DNA of 64,000 nt from Podarcis bocagei. Its lineage: Eukaryota. Location: assembly GCA_964188305.1 (NCBI GenBank), contig OZ076886.1. One strand, 5' to 3'. Position numbers and translations under genes: made by a program. This document shows, piece after piece, positions 1-11,613 of the stretch; positions within the stretch are counted from its first letter, which is position 1; every line of letters begins with the position of its first letter. The notes under the pieces were generated by a model. It ran no database searches, was not told where the DNA came from, and saw nothing but the letters and a program-made list of their open reading frames with translations.

Positions 1-719
1 TTCCACATTCATAACCCCTGCACCCGGTGGCTGCATTTGGAGTAAGGCATCTGGACAAAGATATCAAGGAACAGGCAGGTTCATATGAACAGAGGTGGCC
101 ATTCAGATATCCCTGATCTCAAACTATATGCATAGTACTTTGCTCATGAAGGTGGTGCTGAATAAGAGCAGTGGAGGGATTGTGTCTAAATGCGAGGCAG
201 CTTTTTATAGCCATATGTCACCTCTTAACCTTCTTTGGGTTTAGCAGCCGCTGAGTTGTGTTTTAAGTGCAGTGTGTGCTCTTCCTACCATCATGCTCCC
301 TGAAATCGTTAACTAGACACTTTCCCTTCCATGTGCCATCTAATGCTATTTAACCTCTGCGATGGGAATCACTAATTAGCTAGCAAACTAAAGGGGAAAT
401 ATAGCCCAAGGTCTACCAAAGCTCTTCAGGGAAAAAAAAATCAGTGGATTAGCATTGTGCACTGCAGGGAAGTCTTTTAGGTTCTAACCCAGGATATCCA
501 GGGATTAAGCTAAGTAGGACACCCAATTACCTGGGTTGGGAAAGGTGACTGACGAAAGGAAGATCACTTGCTCAGCTGGCTGTGCTTCTGCTTCTTTCAG
601 GGCTTATGATCAAAGGCTTGTAAAGCTGTTACACATTTGGCACAGTCTTGTCAACAAGGCTCTAAGCTCATTTCCCCTGTGGTCAGCCTGGAAAGGCCTC
701 CTGTTAACCTGTTGTGCAA

Positions 720-886
720 ATAATAATAATAATAATAATAATTTATTATTTATACCCCGCCCATCTGGCTGGGCCTCCCCAGCCACTCTGGGCGGCTTCC
801 ATAAAAACCAAAAATACAGTAAAATGTCACACGTTAAAAACTTCCCTGAACAGGGCTGCCTTAAGATGTCTCCTGAATGTCAGATA
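720..886 (-). mobile_element. L2-clade LINE 3' end with (TTA)n tail
   Basis: (TAA)n run followed by TTTATACCCCGCCCATCTGGCTGGG...GCCACTCTGGGCGGCTTCCA. The same 3' end recurs at 17562, 38299 and 60635. The L2 assignment is from recalled squamate LINE ends. Confidence 0.75.
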
Positions 887-997
887 GTAATAAGTTTTAT
901 TTTTCCTTTTACTTGTTTGCATGTTTTTCAGGGTTGCCTGTATGGATGAGGAGAGAGACAGTAAACAAATCTTTGCCATGGGCAATGCTAGTAGGAA

Positions 998-1065
998 CAG
1001 GGCTTTTTCCCCCAGCCGGAACTTGCTGAAACTCAGTTTGGCACCTCTCAGGTGGGCGCCATTGC
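998..1065 (+). mobile_element. Truncated hAT-type MITE (CAG[G/T]GCTTTTT TIR family), left part
   Basis: Starts CAGGGCTTTTT and shares AACTCAGTT..GCACCTCTCAGGTGGGCG.CATTGC with the copy at 48026-48162. Confidence 0.65.
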
Positions 1066-1517
1066 ACCTGAGTGCAGCTTACTCCCAAGTACACAAACAT
1101 AGAATTACAGCCATAGTCCAACTATATTCAGTGGGATTTAATTGTGAGTAAGTATAGCTAGGATTGCAGAATGGTTGCCAATGCATGTTGGAATAACTTG
1201 AGAAATTGGTGTTTCAGATATTTGCTTCTTGCGTATGGTCACCTAATTCATCCACACAAGGGTGTGACTCAAATGTACACAAGTTGTATGTATACTGTAT
1301 ACCTTTCTTAAGATGTCTCATTTCTCAGTCCATTTTGGATGTTCTCATAAGGCCCTCTCCTTTTATGATCCCAATGCATTACAGTGGTACCCCGCAAGAC
1401 GAACGCCTCGCGAGATGAAAAACTCGAAAAACGAAAGGTTTTTTCGTTTTCGAGTTGCCTTGCAAGACGAATTTCCCTATGGACTTGCTTCGCAAGACGA
1501 AGCTTGCCCTGCAAGCT

Positions 1518-2030
1518 CCGGGGACAGCGGGTCTTCCCGCTGTCCCCGGACCTCTTTTGAAGCAAGGGGCGGCGTGGAGAAGCGATCTCCCCGCAGCCCC
1601 TTGCTTCAAAAGAGGTCTGGGGACAGCGGGGAAGAAGCGATCTTCTCCCCGCAGCCCCAGGTCCGGGGACAGCGGGAAGCGCTTCCCACTGTCCCCGGAC
1701 CTCTTTTGAAGCAAGGGGTGGCGGGGAGAAGCGATCTCCCCGCAGCCCCTTGCTTCAAAAGAGGTCTGGGGACAGCGGGGAAGAAGCGATCTTCTCCCCG
1801 CAGTCCCAGGTCCAGAGACAGCGGGAAGCGCTTCCCGCTGTCCCCGGACCTCTTTTGAAGCAAGGGGCGGCGGGGCGAAGCGATCTCCCCGCAGCCCCTT
1901 GCTTCAAAAGAGGTCCGGGGACAGCGGGGAAGAAGCGATCTTCTCCCTGCAGCCCCAGGTCCGGGGACAGCGGGAAGTGCTTCCCGCTGTCCCCGGACCT
2001 CTTTTGAAGCAAGGGGCGGCGGGGAGAAGC
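1518..2030. repeat. GC-rich minisatellite, 149-bp unit x ~3.5, each unit made of three hairpins
   Basis: TTGCTTCAAAAGAGG recurs at 1601, 1750 and 1899. The unit contains the consensus palindrome CCGGGGACAGCGGGAAGC|GCTTCCCGCTGTCCCCGG. Confidence 0.9.
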
Positions 2031-2309
2031 CTGCCCCCGCCGCCCGGCTTTGGAACGGTGCTCCGAAGCCGGGCGGCGGGGCGGGAACACCTTCTGAAGG
2101 TGGGCGGGGGGCGAAAGTCTTTGTCCCCCCCTGCCTGCCTTCCCGGGAGAGCGGAGAAACACAGCGCGTTTCTCCGCTGTCCCGGACGGCTTTTGAAGGC
2201 AGGCGGGGGGGGGAAGACTTTCGCCCCCCGCCCGCCTTCAGAAGAGGTCCTGGACCTCTTCTGAAGGCCGGCGGGGGGGCAAAAGTCTTTGCTCCCCCCG
2301 CCTGCCTTC

Positions 2310-2640
2310 CCGGGGCAGCGGAGACTTCTCTGCTGTCCCGGGCGATCTTAAAATGCTGGCGGGCGGCAGCGAAGCCTTCGCTGCCAACCCCCAGCATTTT
2401 AAAAGCCCCCGGGGCAGCGGAGACTTCTCTGCTGTCCCGGGCGATCTTAAAATGCTGGCAGGTGGCAGCGAAGCCTTCGCTGCCGACCCCCAGCATTTTA
2501 AAAGCCCCCGGGGCAGCGGAGACTTCTCTGCTGTCCCGGGCGATCTTAAAATGCTGGCGGGCGGCAGCGAAGCTTTCGCTGCCGACCCCCAGCATTTTAA
2601 AATCGCCCCGGGACAGCGGGGGCTTTTAAAATGCTGGCGG
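2310..2640. repeat. Minisatellite, 99-bp unit x ~3.3, two hairpins per unit
   Basis: ATGCTGGC recurs at 2353, 2452 and 2551. Stems are TTAAAATGCTGG...CCAGCATTTTAA and CCCGGGGCAGCGGAGA...TCTCTGCTGTCCCGGG. Confidence 0.9.
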
Positions 2641-3949
2641 TCGGCAGCAAAGCCCTCCTGTCCCCGGAGCTTGCGGGGCGGGAGGTGGGGAGAAGGGCTT
2701 TTCTTCCCACCGCCAGCCTTCAGAACAGCCTTCTGAAGGCTGGCGGTGGGAAGAAAAGCCCTTGTCCCCCCCCCCCAGCCTTCAGAAGAGGTTGGGGGAC
2801 AGACTGTCCCCGGACCTGGTCTGAAGGCGGTTTCCCTAGGAACGCATTAATTGATTTTCAATGCATTCCTATGGGAAACCGTGCATCGCAAGACGAAAAA
2901 CTCGCAAGAAGAAAAAACTTGCGGAACGAATTAATTTCGTCTTGCGAGGCACCACTGTATAAGGAGGAAAGGAAAATGCTGGAAATAATCTGGTTCTCAA
3001 AGATACATTGTCATTTGTGAATCACTGTGCAACATACTTCAGCAGCATTGTGAAATGAAAAGTATCCTTTTAATCCATTTAATATAAGGGTCAGGTTTAT
3101 GATGAGTCATTAAACTGTGCACTTCTGCAATGACTCAGTCTATGTGTGTGCAAAACAGACTCCAGAGAAGGGGACTGTACAGCCCTGTATTTGAATGTCA
3201 AAATCAAAGGACTGTAGACACTTGATCATCTCAGTGTTAATTTTTAAGCATTAGCCTTGGGGGGGATATTTTCTTTTTAAATTAAATATCAAGAGATCAG
3301 AGCATCTTTTACTTTTAAAGATTTGACCCTTGAGCTCCAATTAAAGCTACTTTAGAAACACTGAGCTGCTGTCAAAAATGGGAGCCCCCATGTTAAGTTC
3401 TTTCTATTGTTCTGCAATGAGCGGTATCACTTGCTCCGTGTTGTGACATGATGATGTTAATGTGTTCCCAATAATATGAAGATCATGATGGCCGTTCTTC
3501 TTATGAAGGAGGAGAATTCAGATGAGGACTACTATTTAGGGGGCAGGGTGGGGTGGGTGGCAGCCCTGTGTTTAATCATAATGTCTAGTTCTTCCCTTAG
3601 AGGGTTTACAAAATGTTGCCTTCATCAACCTGCTTGAAATAATGCACAAATTGGCTTTTGCAGGATGTTATCTCCCACCTTACCCATCAATGTTTTCATC
3701 TTAAGAAATGCCTGAAGCTCCACTAAACATTTTGCTGGAAAAGATTTCATTCTTTGTGCAAAATCTTTCTGGTAATTAATTCACTTTTATTTTTTAATTA
3801 GGAAAGCATTCTATCACCTCAGGGAGGAGTGAAAGTCACAGAGGCAAAGGAAGTTCCAATGACTCATAGGCCTGAATGCTTCAAATTGTGCGCTGCAGGA
3901 AACAGAAGCGACTCCTTTGATGCAGATCAGAGGGGGGCACAGGTGAACA

Positions 3950-4137
3950 CAGGAAGTTGTCGTATGCCAGGTCAGACTATCCATCTAGGCCAATACTGTC
4001 TACTCTGGTTGGTAGTGGCTTTCCGAGGTCTTCAGCAGTGGCCTTTCACATGTTGTCTGAGGTCCTTTTATCTCAGATTGGCAGGGCCTTCTGCAAGCAA
4101 GGCAAATGCTATCTTACTAAGCTATTGTCCCTCCCCA
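3950..4137 (-). mobile_element. Old tRNA-derived SINE, degenerate
   Basis: Reverse complement resembles the SINE at 48800-48970 (GGGAC.ATAGCTTAGT head, CR1-like tail). Confidence 0.5.
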
Positions 4138-4710
4138 GTTGTACAGCAGATATGGAGCGGTTTTATGACTTAGCTCAGTCAATGACATAACTCAGTATCA
4201 CTTACAGACAGCAGTTCATGTGTTTAGCCAATTTGAGGACTTGGGTCAGGAGATTTTCTGATTTGCAGGGATCTTTTAATTAGTGTGATACGAGGGCCCA
4301 AACAGGAAAGCCTTATTTGTTTATACAGCATGTACCACTATCCTACATCTTCTCCCTTTTCATCTGCCTTCTTGCCTTTAGGGGCTTTGTGGTTAGGTCC
4401 TGGCTGGCATGTGAACATGTGTTTCAACATCTGTGGACCTCACAGAGAGTATTTTCTTAATTGGCAGGCAACACCCTAGGAGGGGCTACCATATTCTAAA
4501 GATAGTGCCTTACATCCTTACATTTTCCACGAAAAAGCAGAACGTACCTAGGCTCAGTTGGTTTGGGACAGCAGTAATGGTGCATCCTTTGGGTAAATAT
4601 TGCAGTGCTAAGAGTCAGTCCTCCGACCTATTCTGTACCTGGCTAGATTTCACCCTCATCCAGCCAAACAGTTGTGCACTTTCTAGATTAGTTTCAGTCT
4701 TCCAGTAGAC

Positions 4711-4968
4711 CAGAGATGGAAAGCCTGTGTTTTTCTACATGTTAGAATCCTAGAATTGTAGAATCGCAGAATTGGAAGGGATTGTGAAGGTCCTCTAGTC
4801 CAACTCCCTGCAATGCAGGAATCTTTTGTGCAACGGTGGGGCTTGAACTCACGACCTTGATGTTGTTGGACTCCAACTCCCATCAGCCTTAAACAGTATA
4901 GCCAGTGGTCAGGGATGAAGGGAATTAAAGTCCTATGTCATCGGGAAAGCCAACGTTTCCTCATTCCT
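4711..4968. mobile_element. Old palindromic hAT/Charlie-like MITE interrupted by a SINE
   Basis: Left part CAGAGATGGAAAGCCTGTG...ATGTT resumes after the SINE as ATGTTGTTGGACTCCAACTCCCATCAG. Homologous to 21579-21716. Confidence 0.6.
4744..4859 (-). mobile_element. tRNA-derived SINE with CR1-type 3' tail, 5' truncated
   Basis: B-box-like GAGTTCAAGCCC on the minus strand, CR1 tail with (ATTCTR..)n repeats, flanked by ATGTT on both sides. Confidence 0.7.
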
Positions 4969-5413
4969 TCAACAGTTGCTGCTAGCTCTACTTGCTGTAG
5001 CACCATGGCTCCGCCTCCTTGTAACTGGGATCATCGTCTTCTCAGCTTGACGCCTGCTGTGGAAATGATCCTGGAAAAGCTCCTGTTGAGACCCAGTACT
5101 CAAAAGACTCTTTTTAGGCTAAAAGTTTGCTGAAAACGACCCTGATATCTAGACTTCAAACCTTTAGCAGCAGGCACAGGTTATTGGATGTGTCATAATT
5201 GCTCATGTGTCCCAAGCAGTATGCCATTTTGCTGTTCTTGAAGATTTCCATTGGCTCAGTATGAAAAGACGATAAATCCAAAATAGGACAAAATTTTCCT
5301 CATCTGTTGTTGTCACTTTCTGGCTCTATATTTTGTGCTGACTCAGCTTAAAGGGAGGGGAAACTATCAATATAATGTAGTACCTTGTGTCCAAATGCAT
5401 AAATGAACAAACA

Positions 5414-5545
5414 CATAGAATTATAGAGGTAGAAGGGGTCATGAGGATCATTTAGTCCAACTCCCTGCAATGCACAAATATTTCACCCAACTCGGTGCTT
5501 GAACCCACAACCCTGGGATAAAGAGCCTCATGCTCTACCGACTGA
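5414..5545 (-). mobile_element. tRNA-Lys-derived SINE with CR1-type tail
   Basis: Minus strand reads TCAGTCGGTAGAGCATGAGGCTCTTTATCCCAGGGTTGTGGGTTCAAGCACC (tRNA-Lys-CUU-like), then GGGAGTTGGACTAAATGATCC and ATTCTATG. Confidence 0.75.
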
Positions 5546-6429
5546 TGCTTCTGCATCCTATGTGGATTGGGAGCAACATCATGGGACTCAGTTACTTCTT
5601 CTAGCAGGGAACACCTAAAATGCTTGTATCTAACATACATGAAGGTTCCATCAGTAGAAGGCTTTTTGGAACAGAATGCTCTCTGCCCCCAAATCTGTCC
5701 TGGGGGTTCCCTCAACCCCCTGGAGCAGATTTAGGGCAATGGGGGGCATGCTCAGTGGGGAGGAGAGTGGGAAAGTTTTGTTGTGCTAGTGTACATCCTT
5801 GGGCTAACAGAACAAATGATTTGGACAGCGCCCCTTCTTTGCAACACTGTTGCTTTTTAAAATGTACAGTCGTCTTGAAAGATCCTGAATTATAACACCT
5901 TGTGAGACTTTTAATTTCTTTTTGTGAATGTGAGGCATATAATCACATTCAGAAAAGCAGATATTATTAGATTTTTTTAAAGCGTTGTGCGAAATAAAAA
6001 AACTGGCAGGCGTGAAAGGTTCCATATGGTGGTAACAGCAGCACCAGCAGCTCTAGTGAACTGCATTCAATCAAGGGTGTTGCAGGTTGTTACAATTCTC
6101 ATTTCTCTCAGGTCTGAAAATAGCTCCTAAATAAAGGTTTTTGTATTAATGTAATGCTGTGCACAGGGACGGGTGGAGTGACGGTGAAAATCAGTCACAG
6201 CACCAGCTTGATGTCAAAGCAGGGAAAGCTACCTGTGACTTTTTTAAACCCGAAGACTTTTTTTTTTTTGCTTGTGGAGTCTAGAATAATGTTCTGAAGG
6301 ACAATTCTGTGAGCAGAAATTAGATTTTTGTGTGGCTTGTAATTAATTATGCAACAATACCCCAATTTATTTCAGTTTGTTTGAGCATTCTTTGTGCCAG
6401 TGAAGGTAATTTTTTGTTTAATGATGGAG

Positions 6430-6790
6430 CTTATTTTTATTTATTATAGTCTATTTGTGAGTCACCTAATTAACAACAACAATAACAACAAAAATTCTCT
6501 GGGCAACACAGTAAAATAGAAAAAAAATGGAAACAAATCCTATAACAATTCAATTAAACAGAAATTGATTAAATCAACCCAACAATAACATAAAATTCAA
6601 CCATAATATCCAACATAGACACACATCATAATCTTAGCAACCCAATCCAGCTACAAAACTAGCCAAACTGCCATTATTTTACAGAGGCTAAAATAAATGT
6701 GTTTAAAGAATATTAATAGAAGTTGAAAGACCTGGGAGAACGAAAAGTCTTTGCCTGCTGCCAAAAATATATTAAAGTAGATGAGTGAGT
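6430..6790 (-). mobile_element. Old L2-like LINE 3' fragment
   Basis: AC-rich UTR followed by AAAGACCTGGGAGAACGAAAAGTCTTTGCCTGCTGCC, similar to 49240-49600. Confidence 0.45.
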
Positions 6791-7182
6791 TGGGACATAA
6801 AGGCTGTATACAGTAAGGTCTGGGAGGTACCCAAACAGGCTGGGCTTTTCTGTGAGATTTGGGGATGTGGAAAAGGCTGCAAAGGCTGCCTTCCGTGTTC
6901 TGATGATAAACTATCTGGGATTCTGAGGACACCCATCATATTATGCCCTAAAGGCCAGGTTCTTTTTTATTTGTTCTTTGAAGTCTTAGAGATTTCTAAG
7001 TAACCCAGATTACAGATTGTGTACACATTTAACAGGATTTGTGGCACATGGCCAAACAATTAGGCCTCCCTCCCTCTCTCTCTCTCTCTCTCATCTTGTA
7101 GTGTTTTGCAAGTGGCTTTTCCCAATAACACTAATGGGTGATGAACACAGAAATCTTTTGGCTAGCTGTGCATGTCCTGCAC

Positions 7183-7310
7183 ATAGAGGTGTACAAGATA
7201 GCACATGGTGTAGAAAAGTGGATAGAGACAACTATTTTCTCCCTCCTTCCCAATGCTAGAACCTGGGGCCATCCAATCAAGCTGAGTATTGGAAGATTCA
7301 GGACAGGGCA
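7183..7310 (+). mobile_element. CR1 LINE ORF2 C-terminal fragment
   Basis: Translates to IEVYKIAHGVEK...RTWGHPIKLSIGRFRT, a typical CR1 ORF2 tail. Confidence 0.7.
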
Positions 7311-9158
7311 TTTAAAATGTGCTTAGAGGGTGCTCCCTAGTTTATGCGATTTTACCTACGCATACAGGGTTCTGGAATGTAACCGCCTTGTAAGTGGGGA
7401 ATTGCCTGTACTAAACTCTTGAGGGAGGCACCAAGGCACCAAGAACATGCAGGCTGAAAATGTTATTGATATAAACTCAAGGATGCTGAACAGCTGAGAT
7501 GTCTCAGTACTATTATCTATTAGAAATGAAAACTTGTGTGCAATTTCCCTTTTTCCTTTTTTATGGTGGTGGAAACCCAGAAGAAATTGATGGCAGTTAT
7601 GCTGTAGCAAACATCTTTACTGTGTGCCGCTGAAGAGAAAAAACAGAACATGCTCTGCTTGCCAAAGGTGATGCGCCCAAGCAGGCTTTCCATTGTAACG
7701 ATTTCCAGAGGAGTTGCCACATTTGTCTGTTGCAACAAAAACAGCAATGACTTTGCGGGACCTAAAGACCTTGTTTGTTTTCTTTCTTTTTTAAGACTAC
7801 TTGTTTTTTAGTTGGGTTTTATGCATTCAGTAGCACAAGCAGCCAGGGATGCTGTTTACTTGAGGTTCTTCCAGTCTCCATTTCATGTATGGCAAACTGC
7901 TGTCCTTCAGAGGGGTATTCTTCTTCATTATGGACCTAGGCTGATTTCTACTATGTTTGGTTATGCATGTTTGAAACAGATGGGTGAATGAAGAAGGTTA
8001 TGGGAATTAGAGCTTGCATTTCAACATATTTTCATTAGGATGACCACACCAGCGGAAGAGTAACTGGATGGCTCATGTGATAAGGTCAGGTGGTCTCCTT
8101 TTTGGCTGCAGCAGCAGGTAAGCTGATAATGAGCTGTATCCCACTTTCCACCAGCAGCCTCCTTTGTCCTGTGCAATTGTGATAGTCTTGTTTGGCACAG
8201 ATGGTCTTTCAATAGGAGTCATTTGGCTCTTGTTTAGAAACAAATGCAAGCACACTGCATTGGGACTAAGGTTTCATATGCAGTTTATTTTATTTTACTT
8301 TGTTTTAGTACTGAAAGGTTGATGCAGACACACATCCTGATGTATGGTCCGACCGTTTCTTCTTTGGTCTTGGACTGTACAATTCCATTCCTAAAGAAAT
8401 GTCACAAAGGATCCTCTCTTTCTCTTTCCCTCTCTTTCCCTCTCTCTCTCCATGTACACAATGCACAGCCACTGACAAGGAATAATTTGGCTTTTATTTT
8501 ATAATTTGGCTTTTATTGACATGCTTTCAATTAATGCATGTACATGTACGTGCACACACATACATACTGTTGACATCATTCAAAAATGGAAAAACGGGAT
8601 GGGGAGGAGGAATTTATCCTTCCTCTTCCGAACTCATGATGGGCTTGCTAATGTTAAAGCATGATGATTTCTAAAAATAATCCTCGGGTTTCTATAGTAA
8701 CCTGCACTGTTGCTATGTGTGAATCTGGAGAGGATATTACCCCCTTGATACCTGCTATTCCAGTCCTTTCAGCAACAGTGTTGTGCACACCCTTGGGAGG
8801 GCTTTGACAACAGGCAGATCAAACTGCTGCTTCTCCTTTAAATAGACTCAGTGAATTGACTACCTTTGTTCTATTGTATGAGGCATAAAAAGGCTGCTGA
8901 GCTGAGCCCATCTCAGTGCACAGAGCCATAGCATCTTCCTTTTCTTATTGCAGCTTATGTGTCTCTTTTAGTACTTGTCACTTTTTGTTCCAGCTCCATC
9001 CTCTTTGTCTGTGCAGCTTCTCTGCCTGCCATGAACTTTTGAGGAGTTTTTTTTTAAAAAAAAAAAAAGTTGTACAGCATCTAATTTATGTGACCTTTTC
9101 CATTTAAAAAAAAGTGGTGGTGGAGATTGCACAAATAAGGTGTGTGCTTACAAATGTA

Positions 9159-9914
9159 GAAGAAGAAGAAGAAGAAGAAGAGGAGGAGGAGGAGGAGGAG
9201 GAGGAGTTTGGATTTGATATCCCACTTTATCACTACCCTAAGGAGTCTCAAAGGGGCTAACAATCTCCTTTCCCTTCCTCCCCCACAACAAACACTCTGT
9301 GAGGTGAGTGGGGCTGCAGGGACGCGGACTTATAAAAAATATTGGGGGGGGGCCCCGGGGAAGCTCATGAATAATAAATAAGCTCATGAATATGCAAATA
9401 AAGTGGCTCCGGCCCTAAATAGGGCAAGCCACGCCCCCCCAGCCAGCCGATTGGCTGGCTGGGAGGTGTGGCCAGTCGGGATTCCCGTTCTCGCGGGATT
9501 TCCGGCAGTGCCTTGGCAGTGGTGGTGGTGCTGCGAAGCAGCGAGGCAGGAGCCCCCGCCCCCGGGGATTCCCTAATCTCGCGGGGGACGGCCGGGGCTC
9601 TCCGATTAGGGCGCGCGGCTGGCTGGCTCGCTGGTGAAGGAGCAGGTGGGGAGGAGGCGGGGGACGGCGGCGGCGCTCTGCTGGAAGGGCGCCCGAGATT
9701 ATTGGGGGGGCTGAGCCCCCCCAAAAATTTTTTTGAGGGGGCTCGAGCCCCCTCAGGCCCCATGGAGTCGGCGCCTATGTGGGGCTGAGAGACTTCAGAG
9801 AAGTGTGACTAGCCCAAGGTCACCCAGCAGCTGCATGTGGAGGAGCAGAGATGCAAACCCGGTTCACCAGATTACGAGACTACCGCTCTTAACCACTACA
9901 CCACACTGGCTCCC
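9159..9914 (-). mobile_element. CORE-type tRNA SINE (Ther1/MIR-related, Squam3-like) with (CTC/CTT)n tail, split by a hAT insertion
   Basis: Minus strand: GGGAGCCAGTGTGGTGTAGTGGTTAAGAGC head (A box), CORE-like GGGTGACCTTGGGCTAGTCAC, and a trinucleotide tail at 9159-9206. The sequence is continuous once 9317-9787 is removed. Confidence 0.85.
9317..9779. mobile_element. Non-autonomous hAT element, CpG-rich
   Basis: Perfect 8-bp TSD TGGGGCTG (9309-9316 and 9780-9787). Imperfect TIRs CAGGGACGCGGACT / CATAGGCGCCGACT. Confidence 0.9.
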
Positions 9915-11451
9915 CATATTGTCCACATTTCATGTGGCCACCTGTTGCCCCAGTGCATGTATAGGACTCCCAGTTGGAATGAATGGGTGAATCACATAAT
10001 CCCAAACCCTATAGATCATATTAGAAGATAAATTGTCACAGCAAAGATACACATTCAGTAATCCTCCAGGGATTGGACCACTTGAGAAAGTAGGAGCTGG
10101 GTCAAATATTTGTAAAATATCCCTTGCACCTGGAAAAATGCCACATTAGGGGAAGGCTTGGCTAGAACCCTTCTCTCTGATATACTAGCTTTCTGTGAAA
10201 GGGGAGAGTATTTGACATGGAAAAGCATTCAAATAGGCCATCTCCTCATCTATATCCTGAAGTGCTTCAGTCTCAGGAGGGATCTTCAGCTTGATGGTAA
10301 CACGTTTGTTGTTGCTAGGGTGGCAGATTAATATATGCCCTGAAAATAATTGGTGAAATTGTACAACTATGCACAACACATGCAGTCCCAACTGATTTCT
10401 CTCTTTACCTATTCCAGGCAGTATGTGCTACTGTGTGCACAGGAGCTATGCCCTGGCATACTAAGCTGATTCTGATGACATGACTTGTATACAATAAGGA
10501 AGTTCCAGCTTGGTGGTAGTTGTTGGTAGAAGAACAAGTATTAAGGAGTCAATGACTAGATTAATCCCATCATGTCTAATTTCTTGGCCATCCACCCTCT
10601 CCCCCAGCAGTCCAGTGCTTGTCATCCCAGGACTCTGACATTAGAAAGGAATATAATGATTAAAAGCTTCCAAGTGGAGACTTTTATTCCAACTAGCTAG
10701 GGTGAGTTTTATTCATGTAGCTGCTCATGCTGATACTTCCCAGAGTCTGTGCATGTATGGGGGAAGGAAAGGGATGGAGATATCTGGTACAAGCCATTAT
10801 TAGAGGGGGAAGAACCTCAGGGAACATCTGGGAGGCCACAGGTTCCCCACCTCTTCTTTAATGGAATCTAGATGTTTAGAGCCTCTTTGGAAATCAAGTT
10901 TGTGTAACAGGTCCGAACTTGCATGAAAAGCTTTGATCAGATCACAAGCCTGTCAGCATAAGGAATTGTGGTGGACAGTCATGCCACCATGGACCCTGAA
11001 ACAACAGAGCATTCTCAGAAGCATCACACTAGTGATTCAACTCTCCATGCCAGGCTTCTAGGAACATAGGAGACATAGGGAGCTGCCTTTATACTGAGTA
11101 AGATCATTGGTTTATCTAGCACAGTATTGTCTGCACCAGGAGTGGGACACCTTCAGCCTGTGGATCAGTCTTGGTCTGCTAAGGTATCTAGTTTGGCCCA
11201 TGAGGCCATTTACAGCTAACCATGCTTACCTGTCAACAACACTCATCACTGACATCTGTTGATGGGCAGGAGGGCAGAGTTCATTTCAGCCTTGGTTCCA
11301 GCCCATCTGTTCCCAGCAGTAGTTTTCAGTAGGGAATTGGCATTCACAGCCAGAACAGAATTTAAATCCCTGTTCATCAGCTGATAAGTGAGGAGTTAAA
11401 TACTGCTCAGTTTGGCTCCTGGGAAGAGGCATGTGCAGCTAAGCGGCTCTG

Positions 11452-11495
11452 GTTTGTTTGTTTGTTTGTTTGTTTGTTTGTTTGTTTGTTTGTTT
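11452..11495. repeat. (TTTG)n microsatellite
   Basis: Direct reading. Confidence 0.95.
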
Positions 11496-11613
11496 TTGCA
11501 GACTCTACACTGGCTGGCAGTACTTATCCCAGGGTTATGGGATGTCTCAGCCCTACCTAGAAATGCCATAGATTGAACCATACAAACAGAATGGCTGGTA
11601 CTGCAAGTTACGT

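Larger units (their letters stand above)
1382..2957. mobile_element. pogo/Tigger-like (Tc1-mariner superfamily) non-autonomous element, subfamily A, filled with palindromic tandem arrays
   Basis: TA at 1380-1381 and 2958-2959. 22-bp TIRs CAGTGGTACCCCGCAAGACGAA / CAGTGGTGCCTCGCAAGACGAA (2 mismatches). Reiterated subterminal GCAAGACGAA motifs. No transposase ORF. Confidence 0.9.

Noticed and set aside
1518-2640. CRISPR-like array of palindromic repeats
   Set aside because: Units are contiguous tandem copies with no unique spacers, there are no cas genes, and the context is vertebrate.
1308-3020. Many overlapping ORFs up to 329 aa with repeated peptides
   Set aside because: They are by-products of stop-poor GC-rich palindromic arrays inside a MITE. 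They are open on both strands and have no transposase motifs.
3539-3557. G-quadruplex motif GGGGGCAGGGTGGGGTGGG
   Set aside because: The pattern is real but common in vertebrate DNA, and there is no supporting context.
5480-5545. tRNA-Lys gene (also 35546 and the tRNA-like heads at 9860-9914 and 48800)
   Set aside because: The cloverleafs are degenerate and fused to LINE-derived tails, so these are SINE heads.
9365-9990. Pro/Ala/Gly-rich ORFs suggesting a first exon at a CpG island
   Set aside because: They lie within a TSD-bounded hAT element and a SINE.
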